From the sequence record DRR378314_1330: a DNA stretch of 36,721 nt, one strand, 5' to 3'. The position numbers were made by a program, and so were the translations under genes. Positions 9,453 through 19,696 of the stretch are shown piece after piece (the stretch's first letter is position 1; the number at the start of each line of letters is the position of its first letter). The notes beneath the pieces were generated by a model that did no database searches, had not been told where the DNA came from, and saw only the letters and a program-made list of their open reading frames with translations.

Positions 9453-12324
9453 TCAGTCGCTGCCGCCGAAGCGCTTGGTCACACTGATTTTGAATGTGCG
9501 GCCAAACGGATTGTGGGTGTACGGGTCATAGTTCAGGTCGAACTGGGCAAATGGCGGATCTTCATCCGTCACGTTCACGACAGACAGACCGAGATCCAGA
9601 TCCCACGCCGTCGACTGCCATGTATAGAACAGGTCGAACGTGGTTTGGCTGTCGATATCCGACGTGCCATTCCCCGTCAGATCGCCGCGCTCATCTTCAT
9701 AGGAGTCGATGTGACGCATGACACCGCGGAAATTGTGGTCGCCCGCTGACAGGTTGGCGAACACGTTCGCTTTCCAGCTCGGCAGGGAACGGGAGAAGTT
9801 CGACCGGTTGAACTGATCCACACGATCGCCGCCCGGAATGACCACACCTTCGATCTCGAAATCATCGACATCATATTCCAGAATGTAGGAAGCTTCCGCG
9901 CCCAGCGAGAAATCGCCGCCCGCAAAGGCATTATCCCAAACGTTTTCGACACGAATATCGAAACCGGATGTCTTGATGTCAGGACCATTGACGATGTTGG
10001 TTTCAACACGGGCAATTTCGTTCGCCTGATTGATCCCGTCACTGTTGTTATCCGTGAACGTAATACGTTCCAGGATCGCATTGTCAGTGTCACCGGCAGC
10101 AATCGCCGCCAGAGCAGCATTCACGATTGAGGCCTGATCTTCGACGATGATCGGGTCAGAGAAGTCGAAATTGTAGTAATCAAGCGAGGCACTGAATCCG
10201 CCCTGCTGATAGATACCACCAATGTTGAAGCTGAAGGCGCTTTCTGCGCGATAATGCCGGATTACCGAACTGGTCAACCGCCTTGAAGGCAGATGTCGGC
10301 GCAACAAATTGCAGTGTTGTGACGTTGCCAGCCAGTTGGTTCAGCGTTGGCCCCTTGAAAGAGGTCTGGGCAGACCCACGCAGGGAGAAGGCATCGTTCA
10401 CTTGCCACTTGGCTGCGACTTTCGGGTCGAAGGTCGAGCCGACATCACCGCCATAGTCTTCATACCGCATGGCAACCTGAACATCGAGATCTTCAAAGAG
10501 CGGGATCTGAAGTTCACCAAATGCGGCGTAGATCGTCTGATCACGATCAGCAGGCGTAAAGCCGGCCAGGAACGAGAACGGACCTGTACCGCCTGGTCCA
10601 GGCGTGATGTTGAGATTGTTCAGCGCGTTGGGCGTCAGCGTGTAAGTTTCCTGGCGGACCTGGAAACCAGCAGCCCAACCCACGGAGCCACCTGCGGCCT
10701 GCACATTGGACTGACCGTTCATGACGGCGTCGAACACGAGCAAGCTGGTTTCAGCTGCCGTGAACTGTCCGTCCGTCATCCAGTCGGCAAGCGTCTCGGA
10801 GTTCTCAAGACCCGGCACATAAGATGGATTTGCTTCACCCGTAATCGCATTTGCCGGAATGGCGTTGGAGAATGGGTTGTAATACTCACATGCGCCTGTG
10901 CCTGCCACGAGTGAGCCAGTATAGCCCGCCGCGAAAGGCTGAGTTCCAGTCGCCGGGTCATTGCCGGTGATCGGATCGGTACAAACACCAAATCCGTTCA
11001 GGGCAGCTGTGAAGCCGAGGATGTAGGTATCATTCGTGTTCCGATCAGCAGAAGCCTCACTGTAGCCAAGGCTGGCCGACCAGTTGATGCCATTCTCGAA
11101 CGTACCATCGAGTTCACCTGCGAGGCGAAGCGTATCGTGTTCACGGAAACCTTCCTGAGCGCCGCCCGTGCCGGGGAAACCACCCCAGCCGAACGAACGG
11201 CCAATATACAATGCAGCGAGTGTACCGGCCGGGAAGTCGCCGGGATTGTCTGCAATGTATTGCTGGAAGCCGGGGTTGGTAACCGGTACCACTTGGGTGG
11301 CCAGTTCCTGTGGCGGGTAGGATGGAGACGTTTTCCAGGATGGCACGTCTGTCATGCCGTAAAGCGCCTCGAGGTGAAGGCCAATTCCATTGCCGAATTC
11401 GCGGTTGAATTCCGCAAGGACCTGATAGCGCTCTTCCTCTTCAACCAGATTATCGAACTGGGTGAACTGGAAATAGCACTGATCATTGGCCGGGTTCACC
11501 ACACCGCCAACATCCGTACAGCCTGCTTCACGATTGACCGCGCCAATGACGCCGGTTGCGCCGAGCGCAACATAGCGGCCCGGATTCGACAGGGACGAGA
11601 AACCACCGACGGGGTTTTCCGTAATGTCGGAGATAGCCCAGTCTTTCTCAAGCAACGGCACTTCGTTCCGATACTGATAACCAGCCGAAATAATGAAGTT
11701 CCAATCGCCGCCCTGCTTACCCCAGGCAGCAGACACATCATACTCGCCATCAGAGCCATCAAACTGCTGGAAGCTGCCGCCGACTTCGAATCCGTCCAGA
11801 TCATTGCGCGTGATGAAGTTCACAACACCTGCAATCGCATCGGAGCCGTACAGCGCCGCGGCGCCATCTTTCAGCACTTCGATCCGGCCAATGGCAGCAG
11901 ACGGAATCATGTTGGTATCAACAAAGAGCTGTGCCTGCTCACCCACGCCATAAGGCGAGAATGTCTGACGCTTGCCGTTCAGCAGCACAAGCGTCCGTCC
12001 GGGCCCAAGGCCCCGCAGGTTCACATTGGACGTCCCTTCCAGGCCGTTCGAGGCGAACTGGTTGGTTTGTCCGTCGACACCGGAAGACACGCCAAGGTTG
12101 CGGATCAGCTCCGACACGCTGGGCGAGCCTTCAAGCTTGAGCTCACCCGCCGTCAAGACGTCCACCGGCAGCGCTGCGTCCTCTGGCGTTCCGGCAATGA
12201 ACGATCCCGTCACAACGACGGTATCCTGACGCGCCTCTGCATCTTCCTCCTGCGCGACCGCCGGCATGCCGACAGCCATCGCAACGCAAGACGCACTGAG
12301 CCACAGTTTGAATTGGTTCTTCAT
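9453..12324 (-). pseudogene. TonB-dependent receptor (about 956 aa if repaired), split by a 1-nt frameshift near 10247; pseudogene or sequencing error
   Basis: Signal peptide, TonB box DTVVVTGS and plug NLRGLG..RTLVLLNG..IEVLKDGAAALYGSDAIAGVVNFI in ORF 10180-12324. Barrel C-terminus (N-V-T-D-E-D-PP..GRTFKISVTKRF) in ORF 9453-10307. Deleting one base restores GNPALSPES. Confidence 0.88.
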
Positions 12325-12711
12325 ATATTTCCTCCCGTGTTGTGAGCGACCGGTATCTGGGTGACCGGTTCATGTCTCACTCACGATCAGAATATGCCGA
12401 GAGACCCAGCGGAATAGGGGTATAATGTTGTGCGCCGCAGCAAATCTTGAAACCGAATTGCAATGGTTTGCTCATGCCAACGTTGTCGGAATTAGGTGAG
12501 CCCGCCTCAGATAAGCCACAAACTGCACACAACTGGTCAGAATCGCTTGGATTGTGGCGTAAATGTTACAGTCGGCAAGAATCCCGTCGTCTCAACCGAA
12601 ATTGAGGCTGAATCTCTACGTGAAATGATTAGCTTCATAGCCAACCCGCCAAAAAGAGCGGGCTCCGAAATACCCTCCCGGAACTAGAATAAGTACAATC
12701 AGGAAACTGCT

Positions 12712-15066
12712 ATGCATCTCAAACACTCTTTGTTTGCGACGGCTTCTGCCGTCCTCTTAATTGCGGCCAACGCTCAGGCCCAAGACGCTCAAACTGCGCC
12801 CGAAACTGAAGCAGATCGCCAGTCAGCGATCGACCGCGTCCTTGGTACGGTCACCGTGACCGCCACCAAGAAAAAGGACGTCGAGAACGTCCAGGACGTG
12901 CCTGTGGCCGTCACCGCTTTCAACTCTGACACGTTGGACGCACTGAATGTCACCACGCTGGAAAGCCTGTCCTATTCTTCGCCAAACGTGTCTCTGGATG
13001 ATGTTGGCACCTCTCGCGGTACGGCAAACTTCGCCATCCGCGGTCTCGGTGTGAACTCGTCCATTCCGTCCATCGACCCCGCCGTGGGCGTGTTCATTGA
13101 TGGTGTATATATCGGCGTCAACACAGGCGTTGTGGTCGACCTGTTTGATGTAGACAGCATTGAGATCCTGCGCGGACCGCAGGGCCTTCTGTTCGGTCGG
13201 AACACGACCGGTGGTGCTGTCGTGTTGAACTCGGGCAATCCAACGGACGAATTTACCTTCAAGGTTGGCGCCAAAGTCGACGGCCCGGTTGATGAAGACC
13301 GTGGCGGCGCAAGCGCGACCGTACAAGGCTATGTCTCCGGACCGCTGATCGAAGGCCTGCTGAATGGTAAGATCGGGGCGTCCTACACGTCTGACGCCGG
13401 TTACTTTGAAAACCAGTTCAATGGCGACAATCATGGCGAGCTGCAGATCGCAACCTATCGCGGCGCTCTGGAGTTTACACCAACCGAACGCCTCAGCGTG
13501 CTCGGCAAGCTGGAATATACCGATAGCCGCGGCGATGGCCCAAGCGGCCAGAACCGCTCCTATTTTGATCGCGAAACCTTCGATTTCTCGATCAACGAGC
13601 CAGGCCTGGCTGAAGCCGAGACGATCTTCGGCTCCATCCGTACAGACTATGATGTTGATTTCGGCAATGGCCGGATTACCAACATCTTCGGCTATCGCGA
13701 TCTAGACTCCGGCACGGTTGGCGACATCGACGCCACGCCATTCACCCTGTTCCATTCAGGCTCTGAGTTCACGCAGGAGCAGTTCTCCAACGAACTGCGC
13801 TATGCAGGCACCTTCGGCAAGGCGGACGTGACCACTGGCCTGTACTATTTCGAACAGGAAATTGCGTACACTGAAACCCGCAACTTGCCGACAACCCGTC
13901 CGGCCACACTGCCAGCCTCCATTCCGTGGGGCTTCTATGGTGGCGGTCGTCAGGACCACACGGTCTGGGGTGCTTTCGCCAATGTGGACTATTCCTTCAC
14001 GGACAAGCTCGTCGCAACATTCGGCCTGCGCTACTCCAATGAGGAAAAGGACGCAGACGTGATCTACATCCGTCCGCGTAATGAGTGTTCTGTCGTAAGC
14101 GGCACCTGTTCGCCTGACGGCACGAACGCCCTGATCTCGCTGATCACCGGCGGTGCGGCTCAGGAGCCAAACGGCTTCAGCGACGGCAATGAGTGGTCAA
14201 ACTGGACGCCAAAACTCGGCCTGCAGTATTTCTGGACAGACAATCTGCAGACCTATGCCCACTATACCAAGGGCTTCCGGTCTGGCGGCTACAACTTCCG
14301 CATCACCGACATCCCGATCTTCTATCAGTTCGTGGCTGAAACCGGTGAATTTGGCTTTGACGAAGAAGAAGTCGACGCGTTCGAAGTCGGTTTCAAAACC
14401 AGCAGCGAAGATGGCCGCGTTCAGGTCAATGGTGCCCTGTTCCACACAGCGATCCAGAACATGCAGCGTGAGGTCAACACAGCTGGTGCTTCCGGCGTGG
14501 TCCAGAACATCATCAACACCGCAGACGCATCCATTACGGGTGTTGAAGTGGACGGCCGCGTCGCCATCGGCGAATCTTGGCTCGCCACGTTCAATGTCGG
14601 CATGATCGATGCGTCTTATGACGACGTCTTCTTCGATCTGGATGCCGACGGTGTTGTTGGCTCCAGCGACCTGGCACTCGACCTGCCGCGCGTACCGCAA
14701 GCAACTTGGGGTGTCGGCCTGATCAAGGATGTTGACCTTGGTGATGGCGGCGCGCTGGTTGGACAGGTGAACTACCAGTTCCGTGACCGCATTGCTTACA
14801 CTGACAGCAATTTCGGCTGGATCCAGTCCGCCAATATGCTGGACGCAAACCTGACCTGGGAAACCCCGGTTGATGGTCTTGCGGCTTCCATCTACGGCAA
14901 GAACTTGCTCGACGAAGTGCAGGCGGGTAACGACACCCAACTGCCATTCCCGGGCCCACTCTCGACCGGCAACAACTACCCGTACATGGGTCTGCCGGCA
15001 GGTGGCACGTTCTCGCCGCTGAAGAAAGGCCGTCTCGTCGGTCTGGAGCTGACCTACGAATATTAG
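12712..15066 (+). CDS. TonB-dependent receptor
   Basis: Signal peptide, TVTVTATKK..VQDVPVAVTA, plug IRG..VGVFIDGVY..EILRGPQGLLFGRNTTGGAV, KGFRSGGYN, KNLLD, aromatic C-terminus (YEY). Confidence 0.95.
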   Translation: MHLKHSLFATASAVLLIAANAQAQDAQTAPETEADRQSAIDRVLGTVTVTATKKKDVENVQDVPVAVTAFNSDTLDALNVTTLESLSYSSPNVSLDDVGTSRGTANFAIRGLGVNSSIPSIDPAVGVFIDGVYIGVNTGVVVDLFDVDSIEILRGPQGLLFGRNTTGGAVVLNSGNPTDEFTFKVGAKVDGPVDEDRGGASATVQGYVSGPLIEGLLNGKIGASYTSDAGYFENQFNGDNHGELQIATYRGALEFTPTERLSVLGKLEYTDSRGDGPSGQNRSYFDRETFDFSINEPGLAEAETIFGSIRTDYDVDFGNGRITNIFGYRDLDSGTVGDIDATPFTLFHSGSEFTQEQFSNELRYAGTFGKADVTTGLYYFEQEIAYTETRNLPTTRPATLPASIPWGFYGGGRQDHTVWGAFANVDYSFTDKLVATFGLRYSNEEKDADVIYIRPRNECSVVSGTCSPDGTNALISLITGGAAQEPNGFSDGNEWSNWTPKLGLQYFWTDNLQTYAHYTKGFRSGGYNFRITDIPIFYQFVAETGEFGFDEEEVDAFEVGFKTSSEDGRVQVNGALFHTAIQNMQREVNTAGASGVVQNIINTADASITGVEVDGRVAIGESWLATFNVGMIDASYDDVFFDLDADGVVGSSDLALDLPRVPQATWGVGLIKDVDLGDGGALVGQVNYQFRDRIAYTDSNFGWIQSANMLDANLTWETPVDGLAASIYGKNLLDEVQAGNDTQLPFPGPLSTGNNYPYMGLPAGGTFSPLKKGRLVGLELTYEY

Positions 15067-15093
15067 GATCGATCTCTCATAGAGAATTTCCGG

Positions 15094-15122
15094 AAAGGGC
15101 GGCCCGCGGGTCGCCCTTTTTG
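15094..15122 (+). terminator. Rho-independent terminator
   Basis: AAAGGGCGGCCC-GC-GGGTCGCCCTTTTTT. Confidence 0.85.
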
Positions 15123-15145
15123 CTTTCAGCGCCTATGTAGCGGCC

Positions 15146-16549
15146 ATGACATATTCCCCGCCCATCCTCGACATTGCCGACTTCATCGCCGACCCGGTCG
15201 ACTCGGCCGATTTCCCTCTGCACAAATTGCGGTACTGGAATGATCGCTGGGCTTCCGCGATTGGTCTCGACACATTCAGTGCCGAGGAACGCGTTGCCCA
15301 TTTCGGTCGGTTCGAACCATTGATGGGCAATCTCGAGCGCCCTTTGGCCTTGCGGTATCACGGCCACCAATTCGGCACCTACAATCCGCAACTGGGTGAT
15401 GGTCGTGGTTTCCTGTTCGCGCAGCTGCGCGATGATAATTCACGCCTTCTCGATCTCGGCACGAAAGGGTCTGGCCAGACTCCCTGGAGCCGGCAAGGAG
15501 ACGGCCGCTTGACGCTGAAAGGCGCCGTCCGTGAGATCCTGGCCGCCAACTATCTTGAAGCCCTTGGCGTCAACACATCCAAACCCTTCGCCGTTGTGGA
15601 AACGGGTGAACAGCTGGCGCGGAATGATGAGCCCTCGCCCACACGCTCGGCCGTTCTTACCCGCCTGTCCCATAGTCATATCCGCTTCGGGAGCTTCCAG
15701 CGGCTCGCCTATCTGGAACAGGACAAGGAACTTGCCCGGCTGGTGGACTATGTCGTGGCGAACTTCCATCCGGATGCCGATGATGACGACGTGGCTCGGA
15801 AAGCGGTCAACATGTTATCGGCCATTTCGTCCGCGACGGGTCATATGATCGGCCAATGGATGGCTGCTGGCTTCGTCCACGGTGTGATGAACACGGATAA
15901 TTTCAACATCACCGGGGAGACTTTCGATTTCGGGCCGTGGCGCTTCCTGCCCGTATCTGACCCGAACTTCACAGCAGCCTATTTCGACCAGCAGGGTCTC
16001 TATCGTTTCGGCCGGCAACCGCTGCAAGGTGGCTGGGCGCTACAGCAGCTTGCCTCTGCCCTCCTCCCACTTGCGACTGCCGAGGCTCTTGCCACCGGGC
16101 TGAAGCCTTACGAACGCGCTTATCAGGAAAGCTTCGTCGCCCACACCCACGCTCTACTCGGTCTGGAACCGCTGAAAGACATGCAGGCGGACACAGAATT
16201 TCTACAGGCTTTCTATGCCTGGATGACAAACTCAGGCGCCAGCTGGACGCACACATTCTTCGACTGGTTCGGCGGACGAGACAGCGAAACGCGGGCAGCA
16301 GCGTCCCCACAAGCACCGCTCTATTCAGAGGAAACTTTCGCGCCTGTTCGAGAAAGCCTGTTCCTACGGAACCCCGTTTGCCCGGAACGGCTCAATCATG
16401 CCTATTTCAAAGGCCCTGCTCCAGTCAGCCTACTGATTGAAGAGGTAGAGGCCGTCTGGGATCCCATCGCAAACTCGGACGACTGGTCGGCGCTGCAAGC
16501 GAAGCTGAACCACATCGAGCAGGCGCGCCTTGCCTACGACTGGGCCTGA
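15146..16549 (+). CDS. selO: Protein adenylyltransferase SelO (YdiU family)
   Basis: YHGHQFG..QLGDGRG, KGSGQTPWSRQGDGR, SHIRFGSF, GFVHGVMNTDN, DFGP. Confidence 0.93.
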   Translation: MTYSPPILDIADFIADPVDSADFPLHKLRYWNDRWASAIGLDTFSAEERVAHFGRFEPLMGNLERPLALRYHGHQFGTYNPQLGDGRGFLFAQLRDDNSRLLDLGTKGSGQTPWSRQGDGRLTLKGAVREILAANYLEALGVNTSKPFAVVETGEQLARNDEPSPTRSAVLTRLSHSHIRFGSFQRLAYLEQDKELARLVDYVVANFHPDADDDDVARKAVNMLSAISSATGHMIGQWMAAGFVHGVMNTDNFNITGETFDFGPWRFLPVSDPNFTAAYFDQQGLYRFGRQPLQGGWALQQLASALLPLATAEALATGLKPYERAYQESFVAHTHALLGLEPLKDMQADTEFLQAFYAWMTNSGASWTHTFFDWFGGRDSETRAAASPQAPLYSEETFAPVRESLFLRNPVCPERLNHAYFKGPAPVSLLIEEVEAVWDPIANSDDWSALQAKLNHIEQARLAYDWA

Positions 16550-16553
16550 CAAA

Positions 16554-17117
16554 TCAGCCTTCCAGTTCGACATCCCAATAAAGATAATCCATCCATGTTT
16601 CATGCAGATGGTTTGGCGGAAACTTTCGCCCGATTTCCTGTAGCTGGTAATTGTTCGGGCGCGCCGGCCGTGATTTGAGCTGCAAATCCGTATGGTGCAA
16701 CATCTTTCCGCCCTTGCGCAGATTGCAGGGGCTGCACGCCGCGACGATGTTTTCCCAAGTCGTCCGTCCACCCCGTGAGCGCGGAATGACGTGATCGAAC
16801 GTCAGATTGTCCGTTGCACCGCAATAGGCACACTCGAATCCATCTCTGAGGAACACATTGAAGCGCGTGAACGCAGGCGGACGATCCTGCCGGACAAAAT
16901 CCCTCAGCGCGATAACGCTCGGCAAACGGAATTCGGTACTCGGACTGCGCACGACATAGTCATATTCTGCAATGATATCGACACGGTCGAGGAAAACGGC
17001 CTTCACCACTTCCTGCCAGGGCCACAAGGACAAGGGATAGTAGGAGAGCGGCCTGAAATCAGCGTTCAATACCAGAGCGGGCCGACCGCTCGGTGGGGCC
17101 GAAAGAATCTCAGCCAT
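16554..17117 (-). CDS. HNH endonuclease (conserved alphaproteobacterial family)
   Basis: ALVLNADFRPLSYYPLSLWPWQ, FTRFNVFLRD, CAYC, DHVIPRSRGG..WENIVAACSPCNLRKG, WMDYLYWDVELE. Confidence 0.92.
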   Translation of the reverse strand: MAEILSAPPSGRPALVLNADFRPLSYYPLSLWPWQEVVKAVFLDRVDIIAEYDYVVRSPSTEFRLPSVIALRDFVRQDRPPAFTRFNVFLRDGFECAYCGATDNLTFDHVIPRSRGGRTTWENIVAACSPCNLRKGGKMLHHTDLQLKSRPARPNNYQLQEIGRKFPPNHLHETWMDYLYWDVELEG

Positions 17118-17257
17118 GGATCACCTCCATGAAGCAGAGAACATATGCTTGCTCGAACCGACTGAAGGCGTAGCTCCTTTTCGTCTCGCCCCTGATCTAG
17201 GTGATTCACATCATCAGATTATGACAGAAACGGCGTTTTGCAACGCTTTCCGGGCAA

Positions 17258-17905
17258 TCAGGCCTGCGGACTGGCCTGCGATGCCTTGGCGCGTTGATCG
17301 TTGATCCAGCCCCACAACATGTGTGCCGCCACGCCCCGATAGGGTCTCCACACTTCGGCATGGGCAGAGAATTCCTTGATTTCCATACGGGTTTCGACTT
17401 CGGACAACAGTTTGTGCGCCTCCATCAGGCCGACATCGCCGACAGGAAATGCGTCCATCGCACCGACCGAATAGAGCAGAAACAATTCTGCAGTCCAGGG
17501 GCCGATTCCCTTCACCGAAACCAGTTCCTTGCGCGCAAGGTCGAGATCGGAGGCACACACCCGCTCCAGATCCAACGCACCGGATGTGATCGCCTCTGCA
17601 ATGGACACCATGTGCCGCACCTTGGGGCGGGACATTCCACATGCGCGAATGTCTTCCGGGTCCGCCGCCAGCACGGCGTCTGGTGTGACCTCCCTGAAAT
17701 AGGTTTCGGTTCGCGCCCAGATCGACCCGGCCGCTTTCGTCGACAATTGCTGATACGCAATCAGTCGGCAAAGCGCGGCATAGCAAGGCTCACCCACCCG
17801 CCATGTCGGAACGCCCAATTCGTCATATGCCCGAGACAGCGCAGGATCCGCGGCAGCCAGAGTTTCGCAGGCCGCCTTCAGCTTCCGCCGCGAGGGCGCG
17901 GTCAA
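17258..17905 (-). CDS. alkA: DNA-3-methyladenine glycosylase II (AlkA / HhH-GPD family)
   Basis: IAYQQLSTKAA, HhH motif LVSVKGIGPWTA, FPVGD, WRPYR. TTG start overlaps the upstream stop codon. Confidence 0.88.
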   Translation of the reverse strand: MTAPSRRKLKAACETLAAADPALSRAYDELGVPTWRVGEPCYAALCRLIAYQQLSTKAAGSIWARTETYFREVTPDAVLAADPEDIRACGMSRPKVRHMVSIAEAITSGALDLERVCASDLDLARKELVSVKGIGPWTAELFLLYSVGAMDAFPVGDVGLMEAHKLLSEVETRMEIKEFSAHAEVWRPYRGVAAHMLWGWINDQRAKASQASPQA

Positions 17906-18921
17906 TACCCCGGTTCCGGCAAACGGCCCAGAGGAACCAATCCCATCTTCACTTCATCATCCTTGATGGTGAAGGTGAGGAAGCCGCCATCGGCAGAGGA
18001 CGTCTCCAGCATTGTCAGCATGGCGTTTTCCTGCTGGCCGAGCCGCCCGGACGATTCCAGTGCGTCACGCAATGCGTCGGCATTGTCGATCCGCACACCC
18101 ATCGAGCCATTGGCCGCGCCATCCTCATATGCCAGATCGCCCTTCACACCGAGGTCGAGCGGCCCCCAATTCAGCAAGCCTTGCGCAATCTCCACACCCC
18201 CATCCTGTTGAATCAGCGCACGATGCAGCCTCTCTGGATTGCCACCGCTTCGGACCCATGCCGGGAAGAATTCGCGCACTTCACCGATCAGGCGGGAAGG
18301 GCCCAACGTGTCACCAAGAAATTCCGCACCCTCTGGCGCGCCATTGATCGTCAAGCGATCCCATTGCAGCGCGATCATCAAATCAGTCTCAGCACCGTTG
18401 CGAGGCGCCAGGTTCAAGGAGAAATTCGCTGCCTCATAGGATTCCCCTTTGATGAGCGCCGTTGCGCTGCCCATCTGCACGCCGATCCGGCGGAATGTAT
18501 CGGAATTCCAAGACACACTGACCGCAGAGGATTTGTCCAAGGTCAGTGTCTGCCGCAGGCCATCTGCCTCTGTCAGCACATTCCGCCCGGGCGAATAGGC
18601 AATCACGTGCTGCCAGTTCCAGGGCTGCATGACGAGTCGCAATTGTTCGCCTTCCCATCGAGGCGCAGCGGGCGCAGCATAAACCGGGTCATCAACCACC
18701 AACTCGAACCGGTAGGGAAAGCCTCCAAGAGACTTGCTGGAATATTCAATCTCGGCGCCAAGCGCTCTTTGCTCAGCGATCCACTGGTCAATGCCCTTGT
18801 CCAGCTGAGACTTCGCAATGAGCCAATAAGCCGTCCATGCACCGATTGCGATCAGCAACAGGACGAAGGGCAGATACAGCCAGAAACGGGATTTCTTCTG
18901 CGCGGAGGACGGTTCGACCAT
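17902..18921 (-). CDS. DUF2125-domain protein (N-terminal TM)
   Basis: RFWLYLPFVLLLIAIGAWTAYW, GGFPYRFEL, C-terminal GLVPLGRLP. The position downstream of plsC is typical for the family. Confidence 0.8.
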   Translation of the reverse strand: MVEPSSAQKKSRFWLYLPFVLLLIAIGAWTAYWLIAKSQLDKGIDQWIAEQRALGAEIEYSSKSLGGFPYRFELVVDDPVYAAPAAPRWEGEQLRLVMQPWNWQHVIAYSPGRNVLTEADGLRQTLTLDKSSAVSVSWNSDTFRRIGVQMGSATALIKGESYEAANFSLNLAPRNGAETDLMIALQWDRLTINGAPEGAEFLGDTLGPSRLIGEVREFFPAWVRSGGNPERLHRALIQQDGGVEIAQGLLNWGPLDLGVKGDLAYEDGAANGSMGVRIDNADALRDALESSGRLGQQENAMLTMLETSSADGGFLTFTIKDDEVKMGLVPLGRLPEPGY

Positions 18922-18939
18922 AGGGAGCCCTGAAAGGTA

Positions 18940-19680
18940 TTAGGAAGCGAGGTGTTTCTGCACGTCGCGGCCCTCATCGACAAGAGCGTCAGAGGCTGTT
19001 TCCAGATCGGCCTGCAGCCGTGCCATCAATTCCCTACGGGGCAAACCAGCCGGAATGGGCGGCAGAATCTCGTAAACGATACGTCCCTTGTTCCGCTTCA
19101 GGCCTCGGCCGGGCCAGCACAAGCCCGCATTCGTTGCGACGGGCACGATTGGCGCCTCGATCGCCTTGGCGAGGCCAGAAATTCCAGCAGCATGATAGGC
19201 AGGCGCAGCGCCCGGCTCCGTGCGTGTCCCTTCCGGGAAGATCACGATCTGCCGACCGTCTTCCGCGCGCACTTTAGCAGCTGCAACCATCTTCTTCAGC
19301 GTTCGCGTATTCCCGGCCCGGTCGATCGGAATCATCGCCGTCTTCAGCGCGTACCAGCCCAGAAACGGATACCAGAGCAGCTCCTGTTTCAGAATGATCG
19401 CCGGGGCAGGCATGACAAGGAACGGAACGAACACATCCAGCATGCAATTGTGCTTGCCAGCATACAGCACCGTGCCGCGCGGCATGTGCTGGCGCCCCCG
19501 GATCTCCACTTCGATTCCGCAGATCACCCGAAGTCCGAAGATCAATCCGCGCGCATATACGCTGATTGCCCAGAACGTCACGGATTTCGGCAGAAGCAGT
19601 GCCGGCAGGAACAGGATGCCCAGCACGGCCATCAGGCCATACATCCAGATCACGAAGAGGAGCGAGCGAAACATCATCAT
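18940..19680 (-). CDS. plsC: 1-acyl-sn-glycerol-3-phosphate acyltransferase
   Basis: KHNCMLD (HX4D), PIDR, IFPEGTR, PIVPVA. Confidence 0.9.
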   Translation of the reverse strand: MMMFRSLLFVIWMYGLMAVLGILFLPALLLPKSVTFWAISVYARGLIFGLRVICGIEVEIRGRQHMPRGTVLYAGKHNCMLDVFVPFLVMPAPAIILKQELLWYPFLGWYALKTAMIPIDRAGNTRTLKKMVAAAKVRAEDGRQIVIFPEGTRTEPGAAPAYHAAGISGLAKAIEAPIVPVATNAGLCWPGRGLKRNKGRIVYEILPPIPAGLPRRELMARLQADLETASDALVDEGRDVQKHLAS

Positions 19681-19696
19681 GCAGGTATCAGATAGG

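Noticed and set aside
10241..10260. Programmed ribosomal frameshift or phase variation in the TonB receptor
   Set aside because: No slippery heptamer or long simple repeat at the junction.
11137..12345. 402-aa ORF antisense to the TonB receptor, and similar shadows (756-1538, 17294-18211, 17803-18933, 30324-31157, 31209-32060)
   Set aside because: All lie opposite well-supported genes and have no recognisable protein features.
16554..17117. HNH nuclease as part of a defence or mobile system with SelO or AlkA
   Set aside because: It matches a conserved chromosomal alphaproteobacterial HNH family, has host-like GC, is convergent to selO and has no methylase, ATPase or repeat array nearby.
17190..17230. 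GTGATTCAC palindrome and TGAT/ATCA elements upstream of the HNH gene
   Set aside because: Short and imperfect; cannot be distinguished from chance without orthologous sequences.
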